Assembly (NCBI GenBank): GCA_051003195.1
Contig: JBPCLP010000035.1
Coordinates: 52,171 to 116,170 of the forward strand
From: Candidatus Sumerlaeaceae bacterium
GTDB lineage: Bacteria; Sumerlaeota; Sumerlaeia; Sumerlaeales; Sumerlaeaceae
Reading direction: 5' to 3'
Length of the DNA: 64,000 nt
Program-made: the position numbers and the translations under genes
In this document: positions 62,070 through 64,000 of the stretch, in pieces
Layout: each line of letters starts with the position of its first letter
Numbering within the stretch: position 1 is the stretch's first letter
Notes under the pieces: model-generated
What the model was told of the DNA's origin: nothing
Seen by the model: the letters and a program-made list of their open reading frames with translations, nothing else
The model's database searches: none

Positions 62070-63815
62070 ATGGAAACTCCGCTGACTGACGAGAAATCCC
62101 GGCCCGATCCCGCCACTCCTCCGGCGGCCGCGCCCGAAACCGCAACCCAGCCGCTCGATTTTATCCGCAAGATCGTTATGGAAGACCAGCTCAGCGGAAA
62201 GTGGGCCGGCCAGGTCGTCACGCGCTTTCCACCTGAACCGAACGGCTACCTTCATATTGGCCACGCCAAGTCCATTTGCCTGAACTTTGGGATCGCCAGG
62301 GAGTTCAACGGCCGCTGCCATCTCCGGTTTGACGACACGAACCCCAGCAAAGAGGAAACCGAGTACGTCGATTCTATCATGGAAGATGTGCGGTGGCTCG
62401 GCTTCGACTGGGGCGATCATTTGTATTATGCTTCGGACTATTTTGAGCAATTGTACGGGTTCGCGATTGCGCTGATAAAAAACAGCAGCGCCTTTATCTG
62501 CGATCTTACCGCCGAACAGATGCGCCAGTCGCGCGGCACCCTGACGAAGCCCGGAGTCGAAAGCCCGTTTCGCAGTCGCAGTGTCGAAGAGAACCTCGAC
62601 CTGTTCACCCGTATGCGTGCGGGGGAATTCGACGAAGGCACGCGCACGCTTCGCGCGAAGATCGACATGGCCTCACCGAATATCAACATGCGCGATCCCG
62701 TGCTCTACCGCATTATGCGCGCGCATCACCATCGCACCGGGGATATGTGGTGTATCTACCCGATGTACGATTACGCGCATCCCATCAGTGATTCGATCGA
62801 AGGGGTAACGCATTCGCTTTGCACACTGGAATTCGAGGCGCATCGGCCCCTGTACGACTGGTGCCTCAAAGAACTGGGCATTCATCATTCGCAGCAGACG
62901 GAGTTCGCACGGCTGAACATCACCTATACCCTCATGAGTAAACGTAAGTTGCTCGAGCTCGTTCGTGAGGGTCACGTGCGCGGCTGGGACGATCCACGCA
63001 TGCCGACAATATCGGGAATCCGTCGGCGTGGCTATACGCCAGAATCAATCCGGGACTTCGCATCGCGCGTCGGCGTCGCGAAAAACGAAAATGTCGTCGA
63101 GCTTGGATACCTGGAAGCATGCCTGCGCGAGGACCTTAACAAGCGCGCCTTGCGCGTGATGGCCGTGCTACGCCCTATAAAGGTAGTGATTACCAATTAT
63201 CCGGAGGGACAGTCCGAGGACTTTGACGCGGTCAATAACCCGGAGGACGCCACTGCCGGCTCACGCAAAGTTCCGTTTTCGCGCACCCTGTTCATCGAGC
63301 AGGACGACTTCATGGAAACGCCGGCGAATAAGTTTTTCCGTCTTTCGCCCGGCAAAGAAGTGCGCCTGCGTTACGCATATTGGATTCGCTGCGAAGAAGT
63401 CGTTAAAGACGCCAGTGGTAACATTACCGAAGTTCGGTGTACCTATGATCCTGAAACGCGCGGCGGTAATAACCCCCCGGACGGTCGAAAGGTAAAGGCG
63501 ACGATACACTGGGTATCGGCAGAGCATGCATTGGCAACCGAAGTACGGCTTTACGACACGCTGTTTACCAGGGAGAACCCGGAAGAGGTGCCGGAAGGAC
63601 TCGACTGGCGCGCGAACCTGAATCCGGGATCACTTGAAGTTGTGCCGGATGCTCGCGTGGAACCGGGGCTTGTTTCGGCGAAGGCAGGCGACCGTTTCCA
63701 GTTCGAACGCCTCGGCTATTTTGCGGTCGATCCGGACAGTACACCTGGCCGCCCAATCTTCAATCGATCGGTAGGTCTTAAAGACACCTGGGCAAGGGTG
63801 CAGCAAAAGGCATAG
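62070..63815 (+). CDS. glnS: Glutaminyl-tRNA synthetase
   Basis: [29 protein letters not shown]. Confidence 0.97.
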   Translation: METPLTDEKSRPDPATPPAAAPETATQPLDFIRKIVMEDQLSGKWAGQVVTRFPPEPNGYLHIGHAKSICLNFGIAREFNGRCHLRFDDTNPSKEETEYVDSIMEDVRWLGFDWGDHLYYASDYFEQLYGFAIALIKNSSAFICDLTAEQMRQSRGTLTKPGVESPFRSRSVEENLDLFTRMRAGEFDEGTRTLRAKIDMASPNINMRDPVLYRIMRAHHHRTGDMWCIYPMYDYAHPISDSIEGVTHSLCTLEFEAHRPLYDWCLKELGIHHSQQTEFARLNITYTLMSKRKLLELVREGHVRGWDDPRMPTISGIRRRGYTPESIRDFASRVGVAKNENVVELGYLEACLREDLNKRALRVMAVLRPIKVVITNYPEGQSEDFDAVNNPEDATAGSRKVPFSRTLFIEQDDFMETPANKFFRLSPGKEVRLRYAYWIRCEEVVKDASGNITEVRCTYDPETRGGNNPPDGRKVKATIHWVSAEHALATEVRLYDTLFTRENPEEVPEGLDWRANLNPGSLEVVPDARVEPGLVSAKAGDRFQFERLGYFAVDPDSTPGRPIFNRSVGLKDTWARVQQKA

Positions 63816-63851
63816 AGCCGCGCAACTCTTCGCTGCCCACGATATCCCCTG

Positions 63852-64000
63852 GTGTGCCGTCCCAGAAGTTCATAGCTATACTTCATGAAGCTTTCGAGCT
63901 CGGACGGCACACAAAACCAGTGAACGAATTAATGGGACACCACACCAGTGTGTCGTCCCAGAAGTTCATAGCTATACTTCAGGAATGTTTCGAGCTCGGA
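63852..64000 (+). mobile_element. Tandem array of the 96-bp MITE-like element (one full unit plus a second running off the window)
   Basis: Units begin at 63852 and 63948 (period 96). The first unit is 92/96 identical to the reverse complement of 9327-9422. Confidence 0.8.

Noticed and set aside
63852..64000. CRISPR array
   Set aside because: Units are 96 bp and near-identical throughout. There are no unique spacers and no cas genes in the window.

Overview
This is a gene-dense, roughly 55-60% GC (by eye) bacterial chromosome segment. The gene repertoire (golvesin-like domain protein, pseudopilin triplet, PVC-type hypothetical families) tentatively suggests a Sumerlaeota/PVC-like environmental bacterium; that is inference only. 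Housekeeping genes present are sucD, ligA, trmL, pyrC, lepA, fabD, tRNA-Lys(TTT), nagB, ybeY, an FKBP and glnS. There is also a peptide ABC operon, a YtrA/GntR-ABC operon with its operator, a PilV/W/X-like triplet, and an amino-sugar cluster (two unknown beta-propellers, NgcE-like ABC, nagB, DUF4954). The most unusual region is around lepA (36.1-40.1 kb). It holds three different toxin-antitoxin pairs, each with an intact antitoxin and a toxin broken by a single-nucleotide lesion (HicA +1, HEPN +1, PIN start codon lost). It also has an exact 94-bp duplicate of the lepA 3' end fused at a microhomology to half a DUF6717-like gene, with no integrase nearby. A 96-bp structured element with IS630-like ends occurs once at 9.3 kb and as a tandem array starting at the right edge. 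No CRISPR array, rRNA or intact transposase/integrase was seen.
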